This document shows, piece after piece, positions 8,680-18,320 of a stretch of DNA of 64,000 nt. The translations under genes and the position numbers were made by a program. Positions within the stretch are counted from its first letter, which is position 1. Every line of letters starts with the position of its first letter. Origin of the DNA: Gemmatimonadaceae bacterium (GTDB taxonomy: Bacteria > Gemmatimonadota > Gemmatimonadetes > Gemmatimonadales > Gemmatimonadaceae); the NCBI GenBank assembly GCA_040901985.1, contig JBBDYC010000017.1, positions 128,001-192,000 on the forward strand, given 5' to 3'. The notes under the pieces were generated by a model. The model was given only the letters and a program-made list of their open reading frames with translations. It searched no databases and was not told the DNA's origin.

Positions 8680-10740
8680 ATGCCCAACCGACTCGCTGCC
8701 GAAACCAGCCCGTACCTCCAGCAACACGCGGACAATCCCGTGGATTGGCATCCGTGGGGGACCGCCGCCTTCGACCTCGCCCGCGCGTCGAACCGGCCAG
8801 TCCTCTTGAGCATCGGGTACGCGGCCTGTCACTGGTGCCACGTGATGGCGCACGAGTCATTCGAGGATTCGGCGACTGCCCGCCTGATGAACGACCTCTT
8901 CGTGAACGTGAAGGTGGACCGCGAGGAGCGCCCCGACGTGGACTCCATCTATATGCAGGCGGTGCAGGCGATCTCCGGCCACGGCGGCTGGCCGATGACG
9001 GTATTCCTCACGCCGGACGGCGTGCCGTTTTTCGGCGGCACGTATTTCCCGCCCGACGACCGGCACGGCTTGCCGTCGTTCCGTCGCATCCTTGGGTCGG
9101 TGAGCGATGCGTGGCGGACCAAGCGCGACGAGGTCCTCACGGGCGCCGAGTCGCTCCGCGGGATTTACGCGGCCGCGTCGGCGCCGACCGCCGCCGGCCA
9201 TCCCCTCACCGGCACGCAGTGGCGCGACGCGGTCACCGCGCTCGGCCAGTGGTACGACGCGCGCGAGGGCGGATTTGGCGGCGCACCGAAGTTTCCCCAG
9301 CCACAGCTGCTCGACACGCTGCTCCGGCACTGGGCGCGCACAGGGGACGAACGGTCGCTGACGATGGTCCGGCACTCCTTCGCCAGGATGGCGGGCGGCG
9401 GCCTCCACGATCAGGTCGGCGGTGGATTCCACCGGTACACGGTGGACGGCATCTGGCTGGTGCCGCACTTCGAGAAGATGCTCTACGACAACGCCCTGCT
9501 CGCGCGCCTCGCCGTGCACCTCTGGCAGGCGACCGGCGACGCCGACGCGCGTCGGGTGGCGCTCGACACCTTTGCCTGGGTCCGCCGCGAGATGACCCAT
9601 CCCGGCGGCGGATGGTTCGCCTCGCTCGACGCCGACAGCGAGGGCCACGAGGGCCTCTTCTACGTCTGGACGGAGCGCGCCTTCCGCGACGCCGCCGGCG
9701 ACGACGCCGACCTCGCCGGTCGCCACTGGGGGGTGACGCCGGCGGGGAACTTCGAAGGCGCGAACATCCCCCACGTCAGCGTGCCGATCGCCGAACTCGC
9801 CGCGGAGACCGGGCGCACGGAGGAGGACGTGCGCGCGACCATCGCCCGTGCGCGCCACCGGCTGCTCGCCGCGCGCGCCTCGCGCACCCGGCCGGCGCGT
9901 GACGAGAAGATCCTCGCGTCGTGGAACGGCTTGATGCTCCGCGCAATCGCCGAGGGCGCCCGCGCGTTCGGCGACGCGGTCCTCGCCGACGCCGCCGTCG
10001 CTGCCGGAACCTTCCTGCGCCGTGCGCTGGTGCGTGACGGCCGCGCGCTCCGGAGCTGGCGCGACGGGGAGGTGCGGATCCCGGGCTTCCTCGAGGACCA
10101 CGCCGCGCTCGGACTCGGCTTCCTCTCGCTCTATCAGCTGACCTTCGGTCGCGCCTGGCTCGACGAGGCGCTCGCCCTCGATGCCCAATGCGTCCGTTGG
10201 TTCTGGAGCGACGAGGTCGGCGCCTTCTTCGACACCGCGCACGACGCCGAGCCGCTCGTCACGCGCCCACGCGACGTCGCCGACAACGCGATACCCTCCG
10301 GCACGTCGCTGGCGGTTGAGCTGCAGCTGGCGGCGAGCGTCCTCACCGGCGACGACGCGCGGCGCCGGCGCGCCGAGTATGTGATTGGCACGCTCGCCCC
10401 GGCGCTGCAACGTAGCCCGCTCGCGTTCGGTCACCTGCTGGGCGCGGCGGACCTCGCGGTGCACGGAGCCATCGAGCTCGCAATCGCCGGGAATCCGGCG
10501 GATGGAGCGTTCCGGGCGCTTGCCCAAGCGGCGGCTGGCGTCTACGTGCCCTCGGTGGTCATCGCGGGGGGCCAGGGCGACGACCGAAAGGGACTCCCGC
10601 TCCTGGAGCACCGTGCGGCAGCGCGCGGCGGGGCGCTCGCCTTCGTCTGCCGCAGCTACTCCTGCGACGTCCCCGCGAGCGACCCGGCGATTCTGCGGTC
10701 CCAGCTGCTCGGCGCGAGATCCGCCCCCGCCGCGCCCTGA
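8680..10740 (+). CDS. YyaL/SSP411 (DUF255) thioredoxin-domain protein
   Basis: [56 protein letters not shown]. Confidence 0.93.
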   Translation: MPNRLAAETSPYLQQHADNPVDWHPWGTAAFDLARASNRPVLLSIGYAACHWCHVMAHESFEDSATARLMNDLFVNVKVDREERPDVDSIYMQAVQAISGHGGWPMTVFLTPDGVPFFGGTYFPPDDRHGLPSFRRILGSVSDAWRTKRDEVLTGAESLRGIYAAASAPTAAGHPLTGTQWRDAVTALGQWYDAREGGFGGAPKFPQPQLLDTLLRHWARTGDERSLTMVRHSFARMAGGGLHDQVGGGFHRYTVDGIWLVPHFEKMLYDNALLARLAVHLWQATGDADARRVALDTFAWVRREMTHPGGGWFASLDADSEGHEGLFYVWTERAFRDAAGDDADLAGRHWGVTPAGNFEGANIPHVSVPIAELAAETGRTEEDVRATIARARHRLLAARASRTRPARDEKILASWNGLMLRAIAEGARAFGDAVLADAAVAAGTFLRRALVRDGRALRSWRDGEVRIPGFLEDHAALGLGFLSLYQLTFGRAWLDEALALDAQCVRWFWSDEVGAFFDTAHDAEPLVTRPRDVADNAIPSGTSLAVELQLAASVLTGDDARRRRAEYVIGTLAPALQRSPLAFGHLLGAADLAVHGAIELAIAGNPADGAFRALAQAAAGVYVPSVVIAGGQGDDRKGLPLLEHRAAARGGALAFVCRSYSCDVPASDPAILRSQLLGARSAPAAP

Positions 10741-10822
10741 CCACGCCGCACCCGCCTTGCGGCTCCGCGGGGCGCGGACCGCTCCACGAACTCGCGCGGC
10801 GCACGGAGCGCGCAGAAACGCC

Positions 10823-11032
10823 CTAGAGATCCGCGCACGACTTGTTGATCTGTCGGCAGTTCTCGCAGATCTGCTTGCAGTTCCGCCAGACAAGGCGGTC
10901 GTCGCCGCAGCTGTCGCAGGTCTCGCCCACGTCTGGTGCGGCGCGCAAGGCAGGGAGCGCGAGGCTCCTGTCCTTGCCGCCGCTCCAGCTCAGGATGACC
11001 TGGTCACGCGACACGGGCAATGATGCTGGCAC
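10823..11032 (-). CDS. Small Cys-rich zinc-ribbon protein carrying a PP-loop ATPase N-terminal remnant
   Basis: VILSWSGGKD followed by CDSC...CKQICENC...C; start uncertain. Confidence 0.5.
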   Translation of the reverse strand: MPASLPVSRDQVILSWSGGKDRSLALPALRAAPDVGETCDSCGDDRLVWRNCKQICENCRQINKSCADL

Positions 11033-11035
11033 GCC

Positions 11036-12727
11036 TCAATAGAACCACACAGCCGAGCGTTTGGTACTCGGTGCACTCACGTCGTCTCCGCCGAGCACGA
11101 GGACCCGGGACACACCGGTGGCGTCCACGTAACTGAGGACGGCGTGGTTGAACAGGTTTCCGCCGCCGCTCGACACAATCGTGTTCGACCCGGTCGCACC
11201 GGCGAACGCGCCGACGCTCCCGTCGGAATTGAAGACCGCGTAGGAGTTCTCCGACGAGCCGGTGTTGGCCGCGCTGTAGAGCCCGCCGTTCATGAAGATC
11301 GTGCCGCCGGCCGCCACGACGCCCTGCTTGGCCGTCGTCTTGGTCAGCGCGTTCGCGTTCACCGTCCACGCGGTCTGCGCGAGCTCTCCCGTCCGAAGAT
11401 TGATGGCGGCGTACAACACCTCGTCGGTGCGTGCGTCGGTCAGGCTCGCGCTGTGTGGATTCACCGCGGCCCTCGATCCGCCGACCGTGTACAGGAACCG
11501 CCCGAAGACCACGAAGCCGTGCTGCGCCCTCGCCGAGGGGAGCGACGGCAGCGCCTGCCAGGCCCCGAGCGCCCCGGTCGAATCAATACGGGCGCGATAC
11601 ACCCCCGTCACCGGCGCGTTCGCCGCCGTCGCGCCGCCCGAAATATAGATCTCGCCGCGGAAGATCACGGCGCCGAGGGAGTGCAGCGCCACCGGGAGCG
11701 GCGTCGTGGTCACCCAGCTACTCACCGTGCCGTCGGTATTCAGGCGGCCCCGATAGACGGTCGTGCTCGGCGTGCCGACGACGTCGATTGCGCCACCCAG
11801 AACGTAGATCGAGGCGGAATCCGCGAGGACTCGCGAGTTGTGCGGGGTCGCGACGGCAAGCGCATGGAACGCCCGGGCCGTCGGCAACGCCGTCGTTGCC
11901 GACCAGGCGCCGACACCGCCGGCTGGCTCGATGGCGGCGAACTGCACACCGGTGGTCGGCACACTGTCGTTGCCGGCGCCACCGGTCACGTAGACCAGGT
12001 TTGCTCCGCCCCTGACCGCAAACGACGCCTTATGTCCGCTCAGCACCGCAGGAAGCGCCGTCGAGCTCGTCCACGCGATGGTCGAGGGACTGAAGGTCGC
12101 CGCGGTCGATACCGTGAAGGTCAGCGCGTTGCTCGATCCGGTTCCCGTCGTGACCACTACATTGCCCGTGGCCGTTCCACTCGGCACCGTGGTCACGATG
12201 AATGTGTTCGTCCAGTCATTGGACGGGTCCACGATGGTCGCAGCGATCGTGCCGCCCGCCCCGTCGGAGAAGAGCACCGAGCCGCCGCCCTGGAGATCGC
12301 CGAAGGCATCGCCCTCGAGGATGACGGTACTGCCGATGCTGCCCGAGGGGAGCGTGGCGCCATTCACGAAGCGGAGGCTCGGCGCAACCGCCGTGAACGC
12401 AGCCGCCAGCTGAACCTCGGAGCCGTCCGAGTTGTGCACGCGCACGGCATAGGCGATCCCGACGCTCAAGCCGGACGGAACGCGCGCGTAGATCGTCGTC
12501 CCGCTCGAGACCTCGACCTCGGTCGCCGCGATCGCACCGACGAACACCGTTGCACCAGCGCGGAAGTTGGCTCCGGTGATCGTCAGTTCCGTCCCGACTG
12601 TCCCAATCGCGGGGAAGACGGTGGAAATCGTCGGTTCCGGGTCACCCGGTCCGGTGCTCTTATCGCCGCCGCAAGCAACAACGGCAAGGCCAAGGGCGAG
12701 GCCCAGAGTCCACAGGCGCGTCCGCAT
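11036..12727 (-). CDS. Lipoprotein with IPT/TIG domains and Kelch-like repeats
   Basis: Lipobox VVAC; PTISTVFPAIGTVGTELTITGANF (IPT); repeated VYVTGG/IYVLGG/IYISGG/LYTVGG blades. Confidence 0.85.
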   Translation of the reverse strand: MRTRLWTLGLALGLAVVACGGDKSTGPGDPEPTISTVFPAIGTVGTELTITGANFRAGATVFVGAIAATEVEVSSGTTIYARVPSGLSVGIAYAVRVHNSDGSEVQLAAAFTAVAPSLRFVNGATLPSGSIGSTVILEGDAFGDLQGGGSVLFSDGAGGTIAATIVDPSNDWTNTFIVTTVPSGTATGNVVVTTGTGSSNALTFTVSTAATFSPSTIAWTSSTALPAVLSGHKASFAVRGGANLVYVTGGAGNDSVPTTGVQFAAIEPAGGVGAWSATTALPTARAFHALAVATPHNSRVLADSASIYVLGGAIDVVGTPSTTVYRGRLNTDGTVSSWVTTTPLPVALHSLGAVIFRGEIYISGGATAANAPVTGVYRARIDSTGALGAWQALPSLPSARAQHGFVVFGRFLYTVGGSRAAVNPHSASLTDARTDEVLYAAINLRTGELAQTAWTVNANALTKTTAKQGVVAAGGTIFMNGGLYSAANTGSSENSYAVFNSDGSVGAFAGATGSNTIVSSGGGNLFNHAVLSYVDATGVSRVLVLGGDDVSAPSTKRSAVWFY

Positions 12728-12874
12728 ATCATAGCTCCGATCCGAAGGTGAGACCTACACAAGGACACGACTCGCGCGTTCCTCACCCTCGTCACATCGG
12801 CTTTCGCCGCCATCGGTCGGGACGGATATATCTGTGTCGCCACGCACAGTGGTCCGGTGACGCAGGTCCGAGCA

Positions 12875-12901
12875 CCGCCGCCCGTCCGCCCGTCCGCCCG
12901 G
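12875..12901. repeat. Short 8-bp tandem repeat (CCGCCCGT)
   Basis: ccgcccgtccgcccgtccgcccg just past the nadC stop. Confidence 0.6.
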
Positions 12902-12904
12902 TGC

Positions 12905-13825
12905 TTACTCGAAGTCCAGGGCCAAGTCGAGACTCGGCGCACTGTGCGTGAGCGCGCCAATCGAGATGCGGTCAACCCCCGTGTCCGCGATTGCCCGGAC
13001 GGTCGCCAGTGTCACGCCGCCCGACGCCTCGGTCCAGCAGTGCCCCGCCGCCAGCTTGACGCATTCGCGGAGCGCGTGCTCGGGCATGTTGTCGAGCAGG
13101 AGCGCGTCGGCACCTGCGGCAATCGCCGCGCGCGCCTGGGCGACGGTGTCGCACTCGACCTGGATGGTCAGGCCCACGTCGGCGTGTGTCCGGGCTCGCT
13201 GGACGGCCACCGTCACGTCGTCGTCGCAGGAGGCGATATGATTGTCCTTGATCAGCACCGCGTCGGCCAGCGTGGCGCGATGATTGACGCCGCCGCCACA
13301 ACGCACCGCGTACTTCTCCAGCGTTCGCCATCCCGGGGTCGTCTTGCGCGTGTCAACGATCGCCGCGCGCGTCCCCTGGACCGCCGCCACGTACTGCGCG
13401 GTGAGGGTGGCGATCCCGGAGAGACGCTGGAGGAAGTTGAGCGCGACCCGCTCGGCCGAGAGCATCCCCCGCGCCTGACCGGAGAGGAAGAGGAGCGTTT
13501 CGCCCTCGCCGACGCCCGTCCCGTCCTCGACGTCCACCCGGATCTCGACGCGGGGGTCGAGGAGGTGAAAGGCGGCGAGCGCGAGCGGGATCCCGGCGAT
13601 CGTGCCAGCGGCGCGGGCGACGAGCGAGGCCCGGGTGCGCCGCGTTGACACGACCGTCGCGATCGTCGTCACGTCGTCGAAGGCCTGGTCCTCGTCCAGC
13701 GCCGCGCGCACCAGCGCGCGCAGTGTCTCGTCGGCGAGGGGAAATCCGAGGGCGGCCGGCGCGAAGACGGGGGTCGCCAGCGGTGTGATGCGCCGCGGCG
13801 GCTTCGGCCCGCGCGCCGGCGTCAC
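12905..13825 (-). CDS. nadC: Quinolinate phosphoribosyltransferase
   Basis: AERVALNFLQRLSGIAT, DTRKTTPG, LIKDNH, LLLDNM, EASGG, ISIGALTHS; GTG overlaps the nadA TGA. Confidence 0.95.
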   Translation of the reverse strand: MTPARGPKPPRRITPLATPVFAPAALGFPLADETLRALVRAALDEDQAFDDVTTIATVVSTRRTRASLVARAAGTIAGIPLALAAFHLLDPRVEIRVDVEDGTGVGEGETLLFLSGQARGMLSAERVALNFLQRLSGIATLTAQYVAAVQGTRAAIVDTRKTTPGWRTLEKYAVRCGGGVNHRATLADAVLIKDNHIASCDDDVTVAVQRARTHADVGLTIQVECDTVAQARAAIAAGADALLLDNMPEHALRECVKLAAGHCWTEASGGVTLATVRAIADTGVDRISIGALTHSAPSLDLALDFE

Positions 13826-14844
13826 TCGCCGGGATCCACTCCGGGGCCGGCCGGCATCGCCTGGCTGCCGCCGATCGCGACCATCCGCTCGATGGCCTGC
13901 CGCGCCCGTCCGGCGACCTCCTCCGGCACGGTGATCCGGTGCTGCATGTGCTCCAGCGCGGCAAGCACCTTCGGGAGGGTCGTCACCTTCATGTAGGCGC
14001 ACGACGCGCGCTCGTTGGCGGCGTGGAACGTCTTCGTCGGATGCGCCTTCCGCAGCCGATGGAGGATCCCCACCTCGGTCGCCACGATGAAGGTGTCGCC
14101 CGCCGACTCCCCGGGGCGCTTGATCATCCCCTCGGTGGACAGGATGTGCACACCCTCCGGATCGACGTCCCCGGCGCTGATGGCCTCGACGACGCTGGTC
14201 GTGCACCCGCATTCGGGATGGATCAGGAACTCAGCGCCCGGATGCAGCGCGCGTTGCAGGCGGATGTTCTCGGGGTCAATTCCCGCGTGGACGTGACACT
14301 CGCCCATCCAAACGTGGATGTTCTCGCGGCCGGTCACGCGGCGCACGTGCGCGCCGAGGAACATGTCGGGGAGGAAGAGGATCTCCTGGTCCGCCGGCAC
14401 CGCGTTGATGACGTCCACGGCGTTGCCCGAGGTGCAGCAGTAGTCGCTCTCCGCCTTCACCTCGGCGGTGGTGTTCACGTACGACACCACGACCGCGCCG
14501 GGGTGTTCGGTCTTCCACTCGCGAAGCTGGTCGGCATCAATCGTTGCGGCGAGCGAACAGCCAGCGGCCATGTCAGGGAGGAGCACGGTCTTGGCGGGCG
14601 AGAGGATCGCCGCGGTCTCGGCCATGAAGTGCACGCCGCAGAAGACGATGACCTCGGCGTCGGTGCGCGCCGCCTCGCGGGACAGGCCGAGCGAGTCGCC
14701 GACGTAGTCGGCGACGTCCTGCACCTCGGGGCGCTGGTAGTTGTGCGCGAGGATGACCGCGCGGCGTTCCGTAGCCAGCGCGCGAATCCGCCGCTGGAGC
14801 TCGGCGGTCTCGCGGGCGGCTGCGTCCTGTGGGGGTCTCGCCAT
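13822..14844 (-). CDS. nadA: Quinolinate synthase
   Basis: ILAHNYQ, GDSL, FCGVHFMAE, YVNT, CCTSGNA, HPEC, CAYMK. Confidence 0.96.
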   Translation of the reverse strand: MARPPQDAAARETAELQRRIRALATERRAVILAHNYQRPEVQDVADYVGDSLGLSREAARTDAEVIVFCGVHFMAETAAILSPAKTVLLPDMAAGCSLAATIDADQLREWKTEHPGAVVVSYVNTTAEVKAESDYCCTSGNAVDVINAVPADQEILFLPDMFLGAHVRRVTGRENIHVWMGECHVHAGIDPENIRLQRALHPGAEFLIHPECGCTTSVVEAISAGDVDPEGVHILSTEGMIKRPGESAGDTFIVATEVGILHRLRKAHPTKTFHAANERASCAYMKVTTLPKVLAALEHMQHRITVPEEVAGRARQAIERMVAIGGSQAMPAGPGVDPGE

Positions 14845-14873
14845 CGTTGGAACCTAGCGGCTGCGCCGCTGCC

Positions 14874-16385
14874 TCACCACTCGATGTGCTTGCCGCGGAA
14901 CTTGTTGCGGGGCCGCGGGAAGTCGCTCCGGAAATGGCCGCCGCGCGATTCGCGTCGGAGCAGCGCGCTCTCGACGATCAGGCTGGCCGTCTCCACCATG
15001 TTCGCCTCCTCGGTGGCGCCCGGGTCGAGCCGCGCCCGCACGACCTCGAGCGCGCGCCGGGCCGTCCGCAGCCCCTTCGCATTGCGGTCAATGCCGACGT
15101 GCGTCCACATGATCCGCCGGATCTCGTCGGCCGCGACCTGCGCCGCGCCGCGGTCCAGCAGCGGCGCAACCTTCCACTGCGTGGCGCGGGGGACGCGCGG
15201 CAGGGGCGACCGGTTCACCGCGTCGCGGGCCACCCGCTCGGCAAAGACAAGGCCCTCGAGGAGCGAGTTCGAGGCGAGGCGGTTGGCGCCGTGCACCCCG
15301 GTCCGCGACACCTCGCCGCAGGTGTAGAGCCGCTCGAGCGACGAGCGTCCGGCGAGGTCGGTGACGACGCCCCCCATCATATAGTGGGCCGCCGGCGTCA
15401 CCGGGATCAGGTCGCGGCGCGGATCAATGCCGCGGGCCAGGCAGATCGCGAGGATTCCCGGGAAGCGGCGGGCAAAGGTGCGGCTCAACCGCCGGGCGTC
15501 GAGCGACACCTGGCCGTTCTCCTGCTGCTCACGGAAGATCTCGCGGGCCACGATGTCCCGCGGGGCGAGTTCGGCGAGCCGGTGACGTCGCGTCATGAAG
15601 CGTCGGCCGAGCGCGTTGACGAGGATCGCGCCCTCGCCGCGCACCGCCTCGGAGATCAGGGCGAGCGGATTCTCCGGCGTCTCCAGCGCCGTCGGATGGA
15701 ACTGCACGAACTCGAGGTCAGCCAGCCGGGCGCCGGCGCGGTGCGCGATCGCGTAACCATCGCCGGTCGCGACGAGTGGATTCGTCGTGTACCGATAGAG
15801 CTGCCCGCACCCGCCGGTGGCGAGGATCGTCGCGTCGGCGATGATCTCGACCGCCCGGCCGGCGACGTTGGCCCGGACGCCGCAACACCGTCCACCGGAG
15901 ACAACGAGGTCGAGCGCACGGGCGGTCTCGAGCACCGTGATCCGGCGGCGTGCTGCCACCCGCTGGATCAGCGACCGCGCCACCTCGGCGCCCGTCTGGT
16001 CGCCCATCGCGTGCACGATCCGCTTGCGCGAGTGCGCGGCCTCGCGGCCGAGCGTGAACCGGCCGGTGAGATCGGTGTCGAACTGCGCGCCCGCGTCGGC
16101 CAGCTCGCGCACCCGCGCCGGTCCCTCGGCGACGAGCACCTCAACCGCCGCCGCGTCGCAGAGCGCGGCGCCGGCGGCGAGCGTGTCTATCCTATGAAGT
16201 TCGGGCGAGTCCCCCGCCCCGAGCGCGGCGGCAATCCCGCCCTGCGCGTAGGCGGTCGCCGAGTCCTTCAGGGTGCGCTTGGTCAGGACGACAACATCCC
16301 CGTGGTCCGACGTCCGGAGCGCCGTGTGCAGTCCGGCGATCCCCGAGCCGATGACGAGAAATCGGGTCCGGACGCGCTCGGTCAG
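14874..16385 (-). CDS. nadB: L-aspartate oxidase (probable CTG start)
   Basis: Frame is open upstream of the track start through FLVIGSGIAGL and AYAQGGIAA; EFVQFHPT, LISEAVRGEGA, HYMMGG, GVHGANRLASNSLLE. Confidence 0.93.
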   Translation of the reverse strand: MTERVRTRFLVIGSGIAGLHTALRTSDHGDVVVLTKRTLKDSATAYAQGGIAAALGAGDSPELHRIDTLAAGAALCDAAAVEVLVAEGPARVRELADAGAQFDTDLTGRFTLGREAAHSRKRIVHAMGDQTGAEVARSLIQRVAARRRITVLETARALDLVVSGGRCCGVRANVAGRAVEIIADATILATGGCGQLYRYTTNPLVATGDGYAIAHRAGARLADLEFVQFHPTALETPENPLALISEAVRGEGAILVNALGRRFMTRRHRLAELAPRDIVAREIFREQQENGQVSLDARRLSRTFARRFPGILAICLARGIDPRRDLIPVTPAAHYMMGGVVTDLAGRSSLERLYTCGEVSRTGVHGANRLASNSLLEGLVFAERVARDAVNRSPLPRVPRATQWKVAPLLDRGAAQVAADEIRRIMWTHVGIDRNAKGLRTARRALEVVRARLDPGATEEANMVETASLIVESALLRRESRGGHFRSDFPRPRNKFRGKHIEW

Positions 16386-17392
16386 AAGATGCTCAGGCTG
16401 ACGTAGCGCTTGGGGTTCCGTCGCACGTCCGCAATCAGGCTCCGCAGGTCAATCATCAGCGAGTCGGAATTGTGATAGAGACTCGGGTCGTTGAGCAACA
16501 TCCCGAGCGACCCCTGGCCCCGCTCGACCCGGCTGAAGAGCGAGTCGGCCTTCACGAGCACGGCGCGGACGGAGATCTCGGACCGCTCGAGCGACATCGT
16601 GAGTGAGTTGATGCGCACCGCGGCCTCGCGGATGTTCTGCGCCGCCCGATCGGCCTCGGTGACGATCCGCTGGATTTCGCCACGCGACGTCGCCGAGTCG
16701 ATCCGTCCGATGGACACCTGGAGCGCATTCGCCCCCGCGACAAGGTCGGTCACGCCGGCGTGTACCTGTACCGCCAGCGAGTCCAGGTTGCGCGACTGCG
16801 CGCGGACAGTGCGCGCGAGCTGCTCGGAGACGGTATTGAAGTTGCGGATCGAGACGCGCAGGTCGCGGGCGGCGGTGTCGTCGAACGCGGTTCGCACCCG
16901 CTCGGCCACCGACGCGACATTTCCGGCGATTCCACCGGCCACCGACGTCAGCTGGGCGATATCCGGCAGGACGGCGCCCGGAAGCGCGCCAACCGGGGCT
17001 AACACGGTGTCGTTCAGCTGGAACGCCACCTCCCGGATCGCCGGCGCCGACTCCCGCCGCATGATCACCGCCTGGAACTCGCCGAAGAGCGTCGCCGCCT
17101 GGACCAGCACCACCGGATCCGGCGGCAGCGTGATGCCCTCCTCGAGCGTGAACTCGACCACGACCCAGCCCCCGGGCGCCAGGTCCACCGCCCGCACCCG
17201 TCCGGTCTGCACGCCACGGATCACGACGGCGTTGCCGACCTGCAGGTTGCCGACGTCGCGGAACCGCGCCGTCACCGACTCGCGTTTCCGTCCAAGATCG
17301 GTTTGCTGCAGGAACAGGGTCGCGGCGATGATGACCGCCATCGCGCCGAGCACCACGCCGCCCACGATCCAATCATTTGACCGACTTTTCAT
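16382..17392 (-). CDS. mlaD: MlaD/MCE-family substrate-binding protein
   Basis: N-terminal TM; FRDVGNLQVGNAVVIRGVQTGRV MCE domain; GQGSLGMLLNDPSLY ... NPKRY tail. Confidence 0.88.
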   Translation of the reverse strand: MKSRSNDWIVGGVVLGAMAVIIAATLFLQQTDLGRKRESVTARFRDVGNLQVGNAVVIRGVQTGRVRAVDLAPGGWVVVEFTLEEGITLPPDPVVLVQAATLFGEFQAVIMRRESAPAIREVAFQLNDTVLAPVGALPGAVLPDIAQLTSVAGGIAGNVASVAERVRTAFDDTAARDLRVSIRNFNTVSEQLARTVRAQSRNLDSLAVQVHAGVTDLVAGANALQVSIGRIDSATSRGEIQRIVTEADRAAQNIREAAVRINSLTMSLERSEISVRAVLVKADSLFSRVERGQGSLGMLLNDPSLYHNSDSLMIDLRSLIADVRRNPKRYVSLSIF

Positions 17393-18165
17393 GTTGCTCT
17401 CCCGAGAAGCCAGACCATCGCCCAGAACGCATCGAGTACCAGGATCATCACGGCCGACTGGACGACCGCACTCGTCGCGGCGGCCCCCACGCCCTGCGCG
17501 CCACCCCGCGTCTTCAACCCGGCCGAGCAGGCAAGGATCGTCACCACGAACCCGAAGCTCGCCGACTTCACCAGTCCGTACCGCACGTCGAACGAGTCGA
17601 AGAAGAGCCGGGCGCCCTTCATGAACTCCGAAGTGGACAGGTCGAGCAGGTAGAGCGACGCGAACCACCCCGCCCCAAGCCCGATGAACATCGCGACGCC
17701 GACCACCACCGGGAACATCAGGGTCCCGGCAAGCACACGCGGGACCACGAGGTAGGCGATCGGGTCGAACGACAGGGTCTCGAGCGCATCCACCTGCTCG
17801 GTCACCCGCATCGTCCCGATCTCCGCGGCGATGTTCGCGCCGACGCGCCCGGCGAGCGCGAGCCCCGTGAGCACCGGCGCCAGTTCCAGCATCACCGTCT
17901 TCTGCACCAGCGTGCCGACCAGATAGCGCGGCACGGCGCCGGTAAAGCTATAGCTCGCGAGGAGGGCCAGCACGACGCCCGTAAAGAGCGCAATCAGGGC
18001 GCCGATCGGAAGCGAATCCACGCCCAGTTGCCGGGCCTGCTGCGAGAAGTTCGGGACCCAGGTACGCACGTCGCGAAGCGACCGGCCGGCCTCGACGGTG
18101 AGGCGGCCAGCGGCGCCGAGTTGCGCGAGCGCCTCGCGGACTGGGCGTCCGATACTCTCTAGCAC
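17389..18165 (-). CDS. mlaE: MlaE-family ABC permease
   Basis: ELAPVLTGLALAGRVGANIAAEIGTMRVTEQVDALE, GGAQGVG; GTG start inferred. Confidence 0.92.
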   Translation of the reverse strand: MLESIGRPVREALAQLGAAGRLTVEAGRSLRDVRTWVPNFSQQARQLGVDSLPIGALIALFTGVVLALLASYSFTGAVPRYLVGTLVQKTVMLELAPVLTGLALAGRVGANIAAEIGTMRVTEQVDALETLSFDPIAYLVVPRVLAGTLMFPVVVGVAMFIGLGAGWFASLYLLDLSTSEFMKGARLFFDSFDVRYGLVKSASFGFVVTILACSAGLKTRGGAQGVGAAATSAVVQSAVMILVLDAFWAMVWLLGRAT

Positions 18166-18226
18166 GCCCGGAGTATACCGCTTTGCCGCACTGCGCCAGT
18201 AGGCCGGGGTGTTATCTTCCCCCACC

Positions 18227-18277
18227 GCCGACGGCCTTACGCCGACGGCCGTTCGCCGTCGGCCGCTCGCCGTCGGC
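18227..18277. repeat. 14-bp-period inverted repeat array
   Basis: GCCGACGGC at 18227 and 18241; its reverse complement GCCGTCGGC at 18255 and 18269. Confidence 0.7.
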
Positions 18278-18320
18278 CCACGCACCGCGAGGATCGCCCC
18301 TGGGCAAGCTCGTCGTCCTG

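Noticed and set aside
8857..10893. Long antisense ORFs (678 aa here; also 14829-16406, 27810-29744, 49840-51732, 61771-63357)
   Set aside because: Shadow frames of real high-GC genes; Arg/Ala/Pro-rich with no motifs.
12728..12904. Intergenic region as a possible riboswitch or ncRNA
   Set aside because: No recognisable conserved motif; no tRNA or rRNA genes recognised in the window.
16139..16385. nadB as a 5'-truncated pseudogene
   Set aside because: The frame is open and conserved up to a CTG overlapping the mlaD stop.
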